DNA of 64,000 nt. Source: a virus. Below are positions 8,541 to 18,209 of this stretch, piece by piece. The position numbers and the translations under genes are program-made. Under the pieces are notes generated by a model. It was given only the letters and a program-made list of their open reading frames with translations. It searched no databases and was not told where the DNA came from. The stretch spans positions 32,001-96,000 of the IMG/VR virus record IMGVR_UViG_3300035698_018475; one strand, 5' to 3'. Each line of letters starts with the position of its first letter. Position 1 is the first letter of the stretch.

Positions 8541-10784
8541 ATGAAGAATAATAGTCTAATGAATCATGTGATTTCCAATAGTAGGGCTATAAATGATGAG
8601 GCTTCCCTAAGTGCAGGTATGTCTGATAGAGAGATGTTACAGGCTCATAGGGATATGCTGGGTTCCACCGCTGGGAGAGTGGGGCTTGATGCCAGCAGGA
8701 AGTCCCAATATGTAGCTTTTATGTTGGAGAGATATGAGTTGGGTACCTATGCTCCAGAGTTTGCACATGAGTGGGCCACGAGGTTTAAGCAGGGTAAAGA
8801 GTGGAGTTTCTCGGATGGTGAGAGTAAGAAAGTATTGGAGAGGTTGTATCCTGCATTGTATGAAGGTAGTAAAGTCCCAGAAGAGACATCCGACCACTAT
8901 AAGAATCTGATATATCGTATATTTAACGATATGGATCGGGATACTCTTTTACAAGTTATACAAGGCGAGGGTATTACTAGTGAATTTGAAGAACAATTAC
9001 CAGGCAAGTCCCTAGGTGGGGCCAGTGATGATGAGATAAGAGATACGTTGATAGGTGTTTGGGATGAGTTTGATGCAGATGTGTATAATAATATAAGGAA
9101 GTATACCACGGAATCTAAAAGTGACCATCAAAAGAAACTATTGGAATTGATTCAACTGGATGGTGAATTGGTGTTCAACATCCATAGAAACTACATAGGG
9201 GAAGTGGAGGAAGTCACCGATGAAACAAGAACAAGGGTGCAAGGTTTTCTGGGGGAGTCCGCCACGGATCAACAAATCAAGCAAATCTGGGAAGAGTACA
9301 ACTCCACGGGAAGTGAGGATCAGGAGCGGGGGGATGGAACACATACAGATCAAAGTGGAGAGAAAGTAGATAAAAATGGGTATCTTCTACAGATGGGTTT
9401 ATTCCATGATGAACTTAGTGCTGCTCTTTCCGAAGAAGAGTATAACATGTTATCCCAGTTAGTGGGTAAGCAGGATTCTTCAATTGATAAGATTGATTCT
9501 CCGGCTATAGATAAATGGTTGGTCGATGGTGGTCCCCTTCAAGAAGTAGAAGATTTTGTAGATTCTGAAGAGTCCCTACTTAGCTTATTAAGGAGTTTGG
9601 ATAATCCTACGGTAGAAGAACAACAGTTGACTAAATTAGTTACAAGGATTGTAAGTATATTAGTTGCTAAGGATCTAACTTCTGAGTCTAAGAAAGTAAA
9701 TGAACAAGAAGAGGGTGGTAAAGAAGATATACTTGGGGACTATATTACTCAACGAATTAGGAAGATGACTCCTGAGCAGGCGAGAGAAGTTGCAAAGAAG
9801 ATGATCTCTAGGATGGAGTCCGAGATAGAGCAGATAAAATCCGAACTTCCTCCCGCTGAAGAGTCTAAGAAAGTAAACGAACAAGGTAAAAAGGGTAAGA
9901 GGCCATGGGAAGAGCCAGAAGAAGAGGACGAAGGTCCTATTGGTTTACCTGGTCGTGATTTATCACGTGATCTATCAGATGAAGAAGAGGACGACGAAGG
10001 TCCTATTGGTTTACCTGGTCGTGATTTATCAGATGATGAGTTCGAGGAGGAACCCATGGATAAGCCTGAACCTGGGGTGGATATGGAACCTGTGGAACAA
10101 CCAGTTGAACCCCCAGAGGAAGAACTACCTATGGAAGAAGAGCCCACTATGGAGAAAGAGTATGTGGGTAAAAAGGGAGAAGAACATTACTATATGGTAC
10201 AAGGTACTTCCAATACTGGGGAAGTAAATGATTTGATTATGCAGGATGCAGAGGAAGAGAAGTTGTTCTCCGCATCTGAACAGAATCTGGATCCTACCGA
10301 TATTCCCGGGTTTATCATATCAGCCATGAAAGAACTGGATTTGGAAGAAATATCTACCTCTCTGGTGGATAGGTATATAATCCCTGCGGCCGAAGATAGA
10401 GCGAAGGAACAGGCGGAAGAGGAATTCACTGAACAAGAACCCTTGGAACTTGGAGAGGAACCGAGGGAAGATCAAGTGGAAGAAATGCCACCTGAGGGGG
10501 AAGAAGAAATGATACCACCTGAGGAAGAAGAGGAGTTTGAGCCTGAACCCAGGAGGAAGAAGAGGCATGAGGGTGTAATACCTTTCCAGGGAAAGAGTTA
10601 TGCTTATTCCATTTATGAAGGGCAGACTTCTGTTATGGTAAATATAGGTGGAAGGAACTTTACCTTCGCTTCTGGAACCATCAGTTTATATGAATCTATG
10701 GGACAGGTAAAAAATCTAATGGTAGATACCCTTAAACAGTTGTCTAGCCTGGAGTTAGGGAAGTTACGGGAGAATACAAAATAG
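8541..10784 (+). CDS. Glu-rich modular head/prohead-core-like protein
   Basis: Probable start at ATG 8541 after TAA 8539; repeated ESKKVNEQ linkers; E/P-rich tracts; directly upstream of the prohead protease. Confidence 0.75.
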   Translation: MKNNSLMNHVISNSRAINDEASLSAGMSDREMLQAHRDMLGSTAGRVGLDASRKSQYVAFMLERYELGTYAPEFAHEWATRFKQGKEWSFSDGESKKVLERLYPALYEGSKVPEETSDHYKNLIYRIFNDMDRDTLLQVIQGEGITSEFEEQLPGKSLGGASDDEIRDTLIGVWDEFDADVYNNIRKYTTESKSDHQKKLLELIQLDGELVFNIHRNYIGEVEEVTDETRTRVQGFLGESATDQQIKQIWEEYNSTGSEDQERGDGTHTDQSGEKVDKNGYLLQMGLFHDELSAALSEEEYNMLSQLVGKQDSSIDKIDSPAIDKWLVDGGPLQEVEDFVDSEESLLSLLRSLDNPTVEEQQLTKLVTRIVSILVAKDLTSESKKVNEQEEGGKEDILGDYITQRIRKMTPEQAREVAKKMISRMESEIEQIKSELPPAEESKKVNEQGKKGKRPWEEPEEEDEGPIGLPGRDLSRDLSDEEEDDEGPIGLPGRDLSDDEFEEEPMDKPEPGVDMEPVEQPVEPPEEELPMEEEPTMEKEYVGKKGEEHYYMVQGTSNTGEVNDLIMQDAEEEKLFSASEQNLDPTDIPGFIISAMKELDLEEISTSLVDRYIIPAAEDRAKEQAEEEFTEQEPLELGEEPREDQVEEMPPEGEEEMIPPEEEEEFEPEPRRKKRHEGVIPFQGKSYAYSIYEGQTSVMVNIGGRNFTFASGTISLYESMGQVKNLMVDTLKQLSSLELGKLRENTK
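9927..10031 (+). repeat. Two identical 39-bp coding repeats (period 66 bp)
   Basis: gacgaaggtcctattggtttacctggtcgtgatttatca at 9927-9965 and 9993-10031, encoding DEGPIGLPGRDLS. Confidence 0.9.
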
Positions 10785-10793
10785 GAGTTTATT

Positions 10794-13700
10794 ATGAAAG
10801 TTATACCTTTTCCGAAGGATGACAGGGAAGTTGTGTTCGAGAAGTACCAGATGGTACAAATGCAAGAAGGGGAAGAGCTCCCAAGTAAGGTGTTGTGCAG
10901 AGTGGTATATCCTGTGTGCAACCTTGATCAACTTAATGCAAATAAGAGGAGGTATAGGAAGGCAGTGTGGGAACAGGTGATGGATTCCGATACTCTTAAG
11001 GAAAAGTTGGACCACCGATGTCTGTTTGGGCACGCAGAACATCCTAAGGAGTCCCAGAGTCAGTTGGAGAAAACCTCTCATGTCATAAATAGGATCTGGG
11101 TAGATGAGGATTCTAATAGGGTGTTGCAGGAAATTGATGTTCTGGACACTCCTTATGGAAGAATAGTGGATACTCTACTGCAAGCTGAATGTGGAGTTGG
11201 AGTGTCCACCAGGGCTGAGGGGGAATTGGAGGAACAGAAAGATGATGAGGGTGAAACCTTTTATGATGTGATCCCGGAATCTTATGGATATATTACTACT
11301 GATTTCACCGCCGATCCCTCAACTCCTAATCCTTATCCCATGGAAGTGCAAAGGAGAATGGTGGAATCGATCGAAAAAGACAGGAACGATCTTGATCAGG
11401 GGTTCGCCATAGCCATGTTGGAGAGTATAAAGGGTAAGAAGGCACAATCTTTATGTGAGTCCATCAAGAGTAGTAAGGTGGAAGAAGAAGAGAAACCTTT
11501 GCAGAAAGTTAAACTAGTTGAACGAAGAGGTAAATCCGATCCCACCTATGCCAAGAAAATCATGGACTTCATAGATGGGGAGTGGAAAGAGACCCGGGAG
11601 AAGGATCTCACCAAGTTGATGCAAGAGTACAGGGAGCATATTAAGGTGGCACCCAAAGAGTCAGTGAAGAACTGGCTCGGTAGATTATGGCAGACTAACG
11701 AGAAAGGTTTGGTCCCCTTTGTGTCTGAAGAGTTCGTGAGGGACTATAAATCGTTATTGGAGCAGGAGGATCCGGGAGAGTTCGATCTTGATGGGGAAAT
11801 GGCGGCAGAGGGGAATGCTGGGGCAAAACCAGGTGAGGAGGAGTTGGAGGGAGATCTGGGTGATGAGGAAGTTATAGGTGAGCCTGAGGGAGATGGGGAT
11901 ATCCCGGGAGAGCCTGGTCCGGATCTGGAAGTTCCTGGGGAAGAGATGATAGTGGGTGAAGAGTTACCTGCAGAAGGAGAACTACCACCTGGGTTTGGTG
12001 CAGAAGTATCAGTGGGAGTTATGGATATTCCCGATGTATCGGCCACAGCCCTGATGTTACCTCCCCCGATATTGGATCCTCGAACAGCGGGAGTGAGCCA
12101 GATAGCCGATAGATTTGGATTCTTGGAGTTTATGACAGATTCAGGTAATAGTGTGGTCAGTCCATATCTGCAGAGGTTGGAAAAGGAGAGGTTGGATCTA
12201 TTGGATGAGTTGTCCTACAGATATTCCAGATCTGTCAGGGAAAGTAAGAAAGGGCAAAAGATTGAGTTCCGTGTTGATGAGTCTAAACTGTTGGAAATCC
12301 AGGATGTTAGATCCTCCAAGAGGGTTATTGAGTTCCTGGAAAGGGATTGGACAGAACCCGTGGAGAAGAAGATCTCCAAAACTATCCTGGAAAATAAGGA
12401 TACTATTCTTAAAGCTCCTATGGGGGAGACCAAGGATTATCTTTCCAGGGTGTGGGAAGCACAGTCTGAAGAGTTGATAGTTGATGCTTCTGATGACTTT
12501 GTTGATGAGTTACTGGAATTGATTAACTCTGATCCAGTGGATGAAACAGAAGATATCAAACAAGTATATACCGATGCTGGATTGGATCCCCCGAAAGGTA
12601 AGGGTATTCATACCAAGAAGTTCCATCGGATGGCGACTGATATAATGAAGGGGTATAGTGATGGGGAGCCCACTGAAGAAGAGAAGGGTATAGCATACGC
12701 AACTACCATGGATAGACTGGGAAGAGATAAGTCGGTGAGGAAGAGTCACCATCAGGATAAGTCTGAGAAGATTAACATCCAGGAAAACTACTGGGGGTTA
12801 TTGGACTTCCTAACTAAGTGGGAGGAGAACAAGGGTAAAGTGCCAAAGAAGAAGAAAGTGGAGTCAAGTGCAACTAAACCCGTCAGTTGTCAGTCTGAGG
12901 GAGACATAGTCAGTGGTAGGTTGTTTGAGAAGAAGAAAGTGAATGAGCAAGAGGGAGATTTATCTATAGAAGAAATTAAAGGTTACATGAGAAAGACCAT
13001 AGCTCAGATGTCTGATCCACAGTATGAGGATGTGATAGCTTTTACAGAAGAGTGGTCTAAGATAAAGCTCCCTGATACTGATGAAGTAATGGATGCTGCA
13101 AATGAGGTTATACGAGAGTTTGATCGTCTGGTGGAGATGTGGTCAAGTGGAGAATCTGGATGGGTAGGGGATGATGATATGGAGGAATCAAAGAAAAATA
13201 AATCTTCTATTGATCTTCAAATACAAGAGGCTTCCACCCGGGCTGAGAGAGATAAAGCTTTGGAGGTTCTGGAAGATATCCAGAACCAGCTTAAGCAATT
13301 ACAGGATTCAAAAGAGGTGGAAGTCGGATTACTGTTAGCTAAGTTACAGGAGAGTTCCTCTGATATAGTCCAAAGTTATCAAGCGTTGAAGAATAAGTTG
13401 AAGGAAACCTTCGGGGAACTAAAGGTGGCAAAGGCCAGTCTTGATGCAGATCAAGAGGAACTGGCCAAGAAGGATGCTACTATAGCTACTTTGAAGGGGG
13501 ATGTTACTCAGATGAAAGCTGAGTATGGTACAGAGATAGAACAATTGGAGAACCGTCATCTTACTGAAAGAACTAAGATGTTAAAAGGTTATACACAAGC
13601 CAGATTAGGCGAAAGTTCTTATAAAGCAATTCCAGACAGAACTCGAGCACTTCTTGAGGAATCAAAAGATCTGGAAGAGGTTGAAGACCGGCTAATTGCG

Positions 13701-13865
13701 GTCCGGCAGACCCTTAGAGAGAATGCACTTCATTCTACCGGGGATATTGGGATTGATAAGATCTCTGTCACTACCATAGATAGTACCGATCCTAAGCAAG
13801 CTGCAGTCAGTAAAGGCGTTAATCTGGCCTGTGAGGGTATGTTAGGAACTAAGAAGAAAAGTTAA
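10794..13865 (+). CDS. gp21: Prohead maturation protease (T4 gp21-like) fused to scaffold/core domains
   Basis: NANKRRY, FGHAEHP, SHVI, LDTPYGRI, GVSTRAEG match gp21/S77 protease motifs; long acidic and coiled-coil C-terminus; sits just before the capsid gene. Confidence 0.85.
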   Translation: MKVIPFPKDDREVVFEKYQMVQMQEGEELPSKVLCRVVYPVCNLDQLNANKRRYRKAVWEQVMDSDTLKEKLDHRCLFGHAEHPKESQSQLEKTSHVINRIWVDEDSNRVLQEIDVLDTPYGRIVDTLLQAECGVGVSTRAEGELEEQKDDEGETFYDVIPESYGYITTDFTADPSTPNPYPMEVQRRMVESIEKDRNDLDQGFAIAMLESIKGKKAQSLCESIKSSKVEEEEKPLQKVKLVERRGKSDPTYAKKIMDFIDGEWKETREKDLTKLMQEYREHIKVAPKESVKNWLGRLWQTNEKGLVPFVSEEFVRDYKSLLEQEDPGEFDLDGEMAAEGNAGAKPGEEELEGDLGDEEVIGEPEGDGDIPGEPGPDLEVPGEEMIVGEELPAEGELPPGFGAEVSVGVMDIPDVSATALMLPPPILDPRTAGVSQIADRFGFLEFMTDSGNSVVSPYLQRLEKERLDLLDELSYRYSRSVRESKKGQKIEFRVDESKLLEIQDVRSSKRVIEFLERDWTEPVEKKISKTILENKDTILKAPMGETKDYLSRVWEAQSEELIVDASDDFVDELLELINSDPVDETEDIKQVYTDAGLDPPKGKGIHTKKFHRMATDIMKGYSDGEPTEEEKGIAYATTMDRLGRDKSVRKSHHQDKSEKINIQENYWGLLDFLTKWEENKGKVPKKKKVESSATKPVSCQSEGDIVSGRLFEKKKVNEQEGDLSIEEIKGYMRKTIAQMSDPQYEDVIAFTEEWSKIKLPDTDEVMDAANEVIREFDRLVEMWSSGESGWVGDDDMEESKKNKSSIDLQIQEASTRAERDKALEVLEDIQNQLKQLQDSKEVEVGLLLAKLQESSSDIVQSYQALKNKLKETFGELKVAKASLDADQEELAKKDATIATLKGDVTQMKAEYGTEIEQLENRHLTERTKMLKGYTQARLGESSYKAIPDRTRALLEESKDLEEVEDRLIAVRQTLRENALHSTGDIGIDKISVTTIDSTDPKQAAVSKGVNLACEGMLGTKKKS

Positions 13866-13881
13866 GTAAGGAATATAAAAA

Positions 13882-15357
13882 ATGGAAATGCAACAGATGA
13901 TAGAGAATCGTTTGACCGCTATCACTGAGAGCCGGAAGAGGCTGATCAATGAGTGGGATCCCTATATCTCTGCGGTCAATGAATGGATGAAGAGTGAAGG
14001 TGGTGGGCAAGAACTTTCTGAGTACGATAAGCAGAACATTGCCCAGTGCCTGGAGAATGCGTTGGTTGAGACCGGGTTGAAAAGTCGATCTCGGCTCTTA
14101 CAAGAAGCTACCACCGGAGATGCCATTCAGTTCATGGCTGTACAACTTCCGGTAATTGCCGCTCTTATTCCCAGTCTTGTGCTGAATAAGGTGGCAATCG
14201 TCCAAGCCCTGGATAGGCGGCAAGGTGCAGTATTTTATCTTGACGCCCTATATGGTACCACTAAGGGTGCCATTACGGCCGGCGATACCATGATCAGTGC
14301 TCAGACCGGGCATGCAAGGACTCGGGCAGCTCAGCGGTATGCTGTTACTACGGTGGAAAATGAGACCCTGGCAGATGACACTCTGGCAGCCAATACCATT
14401 ACTGGGTCGTTGGCTTACCGGCCCATGCTGGGTACTCTGAATATCACCCACGGTTCAGAGACTATTACTGATGTGGTGAATCCGGGTCAGTTGGTTTCTA
14501 ATGTCACAAACAACCCCTGTGGTTGGGTCAAGGTGGATGGTACATTCAGTGTGACCCTGAATGCCACTCCCTCAAGTGGTGGTAATGTGTATGCCGATTA
14601 CTGTTACTACTATGACACGGCCGACGATGGTGATCCCCTGGTCCCGGAGATTGATATCCAGCTACGATCTGAGATGTTGACTGCTCAGGACTTCCCGCTG
14701 AGAGCAAACTATTCAGTGGGTGCCAGTATTGATCTTGAGAAAGCACATGGTTTAATCCTCGAGGACGAGATCGTGAAGTTCCTCGGTGGTGAAATCAAGT
14801 TCGAGGTAGATCGCTACGGGCTCGATTTGATCTTACAGGCGGCCACTGGTGCCAGTGCAGCGACTCCAACTGGTACCTGGGTGGCAGCCCCCGGAGCCGG
14901 TCAGGAATGGTTATGGAAGAAGTATGAGTTCTTGGATCGGATAGAATATGGATCCAACAACATCTTCAGCCAGACCCTCCGTGCCATGTGTAATTTCATT
15001 ATCGCCGGTAATGATGTTGCTCGAGTTATCCGGCAGATGGGTGATCACTTCAAGCCCGCCCCCGGGTTGGACAAGCAGGTGCCCACCGGACCAATCGAGT
15101 TGGGTACTCTGGATGGTCGGCTGGTCATCCAGGATCCATTCCAGACTCATGACAGGTATATCCTCGGTTATAGGGGAGACAACTACCTGTTTGCGGGTGC
15201 TGTGTATGCACCGTATATTCCCCTGTTCAGTACTCCCACATTGGTAACTGCTGATCTGATGGCTCAGAAAGGCTTTATGACCTCCGCTGGTTTTAAGATT
15301 ACCAATCCCGGGATGTACACCTATGGGGATATAGATATATCCGGTATGTCCTCCTAA
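13882..15357 (+). CDS. gp23: Major capsid protein (T4 gp23-like)
   Basis: 491 aa; VQALDRRQGAVFYL, EIKFEVDR, YAPYIPL, C-terminal Y..I motifs typical of the gp23 family; GC-richer codon usage. Confidence 0.93.
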   Translation: MEMQQMIENRLTAITESRKRLINEWDPYISAVNEWMKSEGGGQELSEYDKQNIAQCLENALVETGLKSRSRLLQEATTGDAIQFMAVQLPVIAALIPSLVLNKVAIVQALDRRQGAVFYLDALYGTTKGAITAGDTMISAQTGHARTRAAQRYAVTTVENETLADDTLAANTITGSLAYRPMLGTLNITHGSETITDVVNPGQLVSNVTNNPCGWVKVDGTFSVTLNATPSSGGNVYADYCYYYDTADDGDPLVPEIDIQLRSEMLTAQDFPLRANYSVGASIDLEKAHGLILEDEIVKFLGGEIKFEVDRYGLDLILQAATGASAATPTGTWVAAPGAGQEWLWKKYEFLDRIEYGSNNIFSQTLRAMCNFIIAGNDVARVIRQMGDHFKPAPGLDKQVPTGPIELGTLDGRLVIQDPFQTHDRYILGYRGDNYLFAGAVYAPYIPLFSTPTLVTADLMAQKGFMTSAGFKITNPGMYTYGDIDISGMSS

Positions 15358-15397
15358 AGAAGAACCTATGGAGGTAGGTTAGTGAGTGTTATGGCGT

Positions 15398-15433
15398 TAG
15401 GTGGGAGTCATTCATTATGGTGGCTCCCGCCTA
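15398..15433 (+). terminator. Stem-loop after the capsid gene, probable terminator or attenuator
   Basis: 13-bp stem TAGGTGGGAGTCA / TGGCTCCCGCCTA (two G-U pairs), 10-nt loop, followed by T-rich sequence. Confidence 0.65.
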
Positions 15434-15471
15434 TTGATAATATTGTTGTCCTATTTGGTGGAGATTAAATT

Positions 15472-15963
15472 ATGGTCTTACGTAAGAAGAAAGCAGAACC
15501 AGTGGAGAAAGTGATTCGTAGTTTACTTACTGGTGGATTAAAGACCAGTGTTAGTAGTTACTCAGTGGAGAAGGATGAAATACTGGTAGCAACTTTTGCC
15601 AGTGAAGCAGAGTACAAGCGTCTTCTCACAATACAATCTTTTGTCCCCGCCACTGAAGAGGAACTATTGGATTATGCCAATAGGATCATTCCTATAGTGG
15701 ATGAAATAGTGGATATGCATTATTTTGAACAACCTGTTGTTGTTCCAGTGGTGTCTCTTGTTCCAGAGGTGCCTCTTGTTCCAGAGGTGCCTCTTGTTCC
15801 AGGACCAACGGAAGAGGTAGTGGATGGGGATATTAAGTTTGAATCAGTGGAGAGTACTTTTGATGAGGGTGAATCCTCAGAAATAGAACCTCCCTCGGAA
15901 GATGATGATGTCCCGGATGAACCTAAGAAAAGTGTTCCTTCCCGAAGGAGAAGAAAGCCATAA
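15472..15963 (+). CDS. Hypothetical protein with V/P/E repeats and basic tail
   Basis: GGAG RBS; 18-bp tandem repeat encoding VPEVPL. Confidence 0.7.
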   Translation: MVLRKKKAEPVEKVIRSLLTGGLKTSVSSYSVEKDEILVATFASEAEYKRLLTIQSFVPATEEELLDYANRIIPIVDEIVDMHYFEQPVVVPVVSLVPEVPLVPEVPLVPGPTEEVVDGDIKFESVESTFDEGESSEIEPPSEDDDVPDEPKKSVPSRRRRKP

Positions 15964-15966
15964 GTT

Positions 15967-17397
15967 ATGTCCAGACTACTTAATTCATCTAGTACTTCTT
16001 TTACCGGGGTGGATCTAACGGCTTCCCTGGATGTGGAACTTGTGGCTTATACTGCTACCAAAGATGTTGTATTGGATATACGTGCAGATATTGGTTCATC
16101 CTTAGGACCATTGAATAATGCAGTGAGTACTATAACTATCTCCGCCTGGATAACCAGGACCAATGGGGAAGAAGTAGAGACTTTCAGTGAAGATCTAAGT
16201 AAAGCATCCGGGCAGACTCAACTTCCATACAATTTTTATAAGAAGCTCTTGGTTCTTCGTGGTGAAGTTATAACCATAACTGGTTATAGTACCAACGCTT
16301 TGGATACTTCTATTGGTGGAGAGGTGTATATCTTTGGTAGGAATGTAAATTACTCTAGCGTCTCTTTCACTCAAGCAGATTTAACATCTTTGGTAGAACT
16401 GGGTTCATACACAGCCACCCATGATTTTGAAGTTTATGTCAGGGTAGACCTAGGTACTTCCACTTATGTATTAAACACTGGGGTGGTAAATCTAGATCTT
16501 ATTGGGGATTTGACCAATAGTTCTGGAGTGGAGGCCATTACCTATGAAGCAACTATCAGTAAGGGTGTAGGAATAACCATGCTGATATATATGCTGGATG
16601 ATTCTGTCAAGCTCCGGGATGATGAACAATTGGCTATAAATGTTGTATCAGATAATGCATCAGATATTGCTGTCAGTGGTACCATCTATTTTGCCCTATT
16701 AAGTACCACCACCAAGAGTGCAACTTTGGATTGGTTGAAAAATGAGTTCCTCCCATTGGAATTGATAACCCCGGATGAAGCGATCTACCAGCAGATAGAT
16801 AATTCAATTCGTTATTGGAATACCCACAGTGGTCGTAAGATTAGTGCTGTGGTGGAAGCAAATAGAGGGGATTCCAGGGTTCAGGTGGATCCAGAGTTTA
16901 AGACTGTAGTGCAGGTGTGGCCCACACAGAACACTGAGTGGATCCTGAATGATCATCCCATGTGGTCCCTGTTGGGTATAACCTTATTAGATAATGTGAC
17001 TACTGATCTGATTATAATGTCGGAGGCTTTCAAGAATTATAGGCAGTATGTGGGGACTAATTTCCAATGGACTTTTGAGAGGTCCTTGGATCCCGCCGTT
17101 GGGGGTTACTTGTATTATGATAATATACCTTCCCAGAATGAAGCCTTATTTGTAATAGGTACAAAACGAATCCTAGATGGGGAGGACATAGTAGATGATT
17201 ATATCCTGGATTGGATACAATACTATGCTCTATCGTTGATAAGAATTATAGAGGGAAATGCTCAGAGGAAGGCCGGCATCATAGGGGTAGCCAATGATGG
17301 GGCCGATCAATTACGGCAGGGGATGGATGAGAAGAAGGAACTACAGCAAAGGGTAGCTATAGATGCAAGATGGGTTGCTCTTGCAAAGAGAATATAA
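15967..17397 (+). CDS. Neck/head-completion protein (T4 gp13-like C-terminus) with duplicated N-terminal beta domain
   Basis: LDWLKNEFLPLELITPDEAIYQQIDNSIRYW resembles the gp13 N-terminus; two ~120-aa repeats precede it. Confidence 0.65.
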   Translation: MSRLLNSSSTSFTGVDLTASLDVELVAYTATKDVVLDIRADIGSSLGPLNNAVSTITISAWITRTNGEEVETFSEDLSKASGQTQLPYNFYKKLLVLRGEVITITGYSTNALDTSIGGEVYIFGRNVNYSSVSFTQADLTSLVELGSYTATHDFEVYVRVDLGTSTYVLNTGVVNLDLIGDLTNSSGVEAITYEATISKGVGITMLIYMLDDSVKLRDDEQLAINVVSDNASDIAVSGTIYFALLSTTTKSATLDWLKNEFLPLELITPDEAIYQQIDNSIRYWNTHSGRKISAVVEANRGDSRVQVDPEFKTVVQVWPTQNTEWILNDHPMWSLLGITLLDNVTTDLIIMSEAFKNYRQYVGTNFQWTFERSLDPAVGGYLYYDNIPSQNEALFVIGTKRILDGEDIVDDYILDWIQYYALSLIRIIEGNAQRKAGIIGVANDGADQLRQGMDEKKELQQRVAIDARWVALAKRI

Positions 17398-18209
17398 TGT
17401 TTCAAGAATTACTAACATTTGTGCAGCAAGAAGTTGAGCATGACAAGTGGGTGTGCTTCGACTTTGATGGAGTGTGTTCAAAATATGATGATAATTTTGA
17501 ACTGGACTCCTTTGGACTCCCTATTCCTGGGGTAGCTGAGTGTATAAGGAATTTAAGGGGTAGTGGTTATAAAGTAACTCTTAATACTTGTAGGACTAGG
17601 ACTCCTGCGATGGATCAGTGGTTAGAAGAGAATGGGTTTGTCTTTGATTCTATAAATGATACTTCTCATAACCCTCAGTACTCTAGTAATGCTAAACCCG
17701 CGGCTGAACTATATGTGGATGATAGGGGGTTCAGGTTTAACCAGGATGAACCGGATAAGGGTGTGGAACAGATCTATCACTTATTGGATATGAATGAATC
17801 TGTCTCGTTCCATGTTATTAGTGAGACCACTGTGGATCATGCAAAGAACGAGTTGGAGAAGGCCGGATTGTTTGATAAAGATTCTGATTATGAAGGTATG
17901 ATTGGTCAGGCCGTTATGGATCTGATGAAAGTGTTTAGTGGTCAGGGTCACTCCGGGTTCTCCGCTGGAATGACTAGAGATATTTTTAACAAGTTGTCCA
18001 ACTTTGAAACCTTGACCCCAATAACTGATGATCCTTCAGAGTGGATGGATGTGACTGAATATGGAGCAGAAGGGTCTCCAAAGATGTGGCAGAGTAAGAG
18101 AGATCCATCCTTGTTCAGTTCCGATGGGGGAAAGACTTATTATGATGTGGATAAACCGAAGAAGATCATGAAGTCTGAGACAAGTAAGAGTAAGAAAGAT
18201 GTTGCCTAA
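17397..18209 (+). CDS. HAD-superfamily (PNKP-like) phosphatase fused to a conserved phage domain
   Basis: CFDFDGV motif I, LNTCR, KP and YVDDR motifs; probable start at 17397 (TAATG overlap). Confidence 0.75.
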   Translation: MFQELLTFVQQEVEHDKWVCFDFDGVCSKYDDNFELDSFGLPIPGVAECIRNLRGSGYKVTLNTCRTRTPAMDQWLEENGFVFDSINDTSHNPQYSSNAKPAAELYVDDRGFRFNQDEPDKGVEQIYHLLDMNESVSFHVISETTVDHAKNELEKAGLFDKDSDYEGMIGQAVMDLMKVFSGQGHSGFSAGMTRDIFNKLSNFETLTPITDDPSEWMDVTEYGAEGSPKMWQSKRDPSLFSSDGGKTYYDVDKPKKIMKSETSKSKKDVA

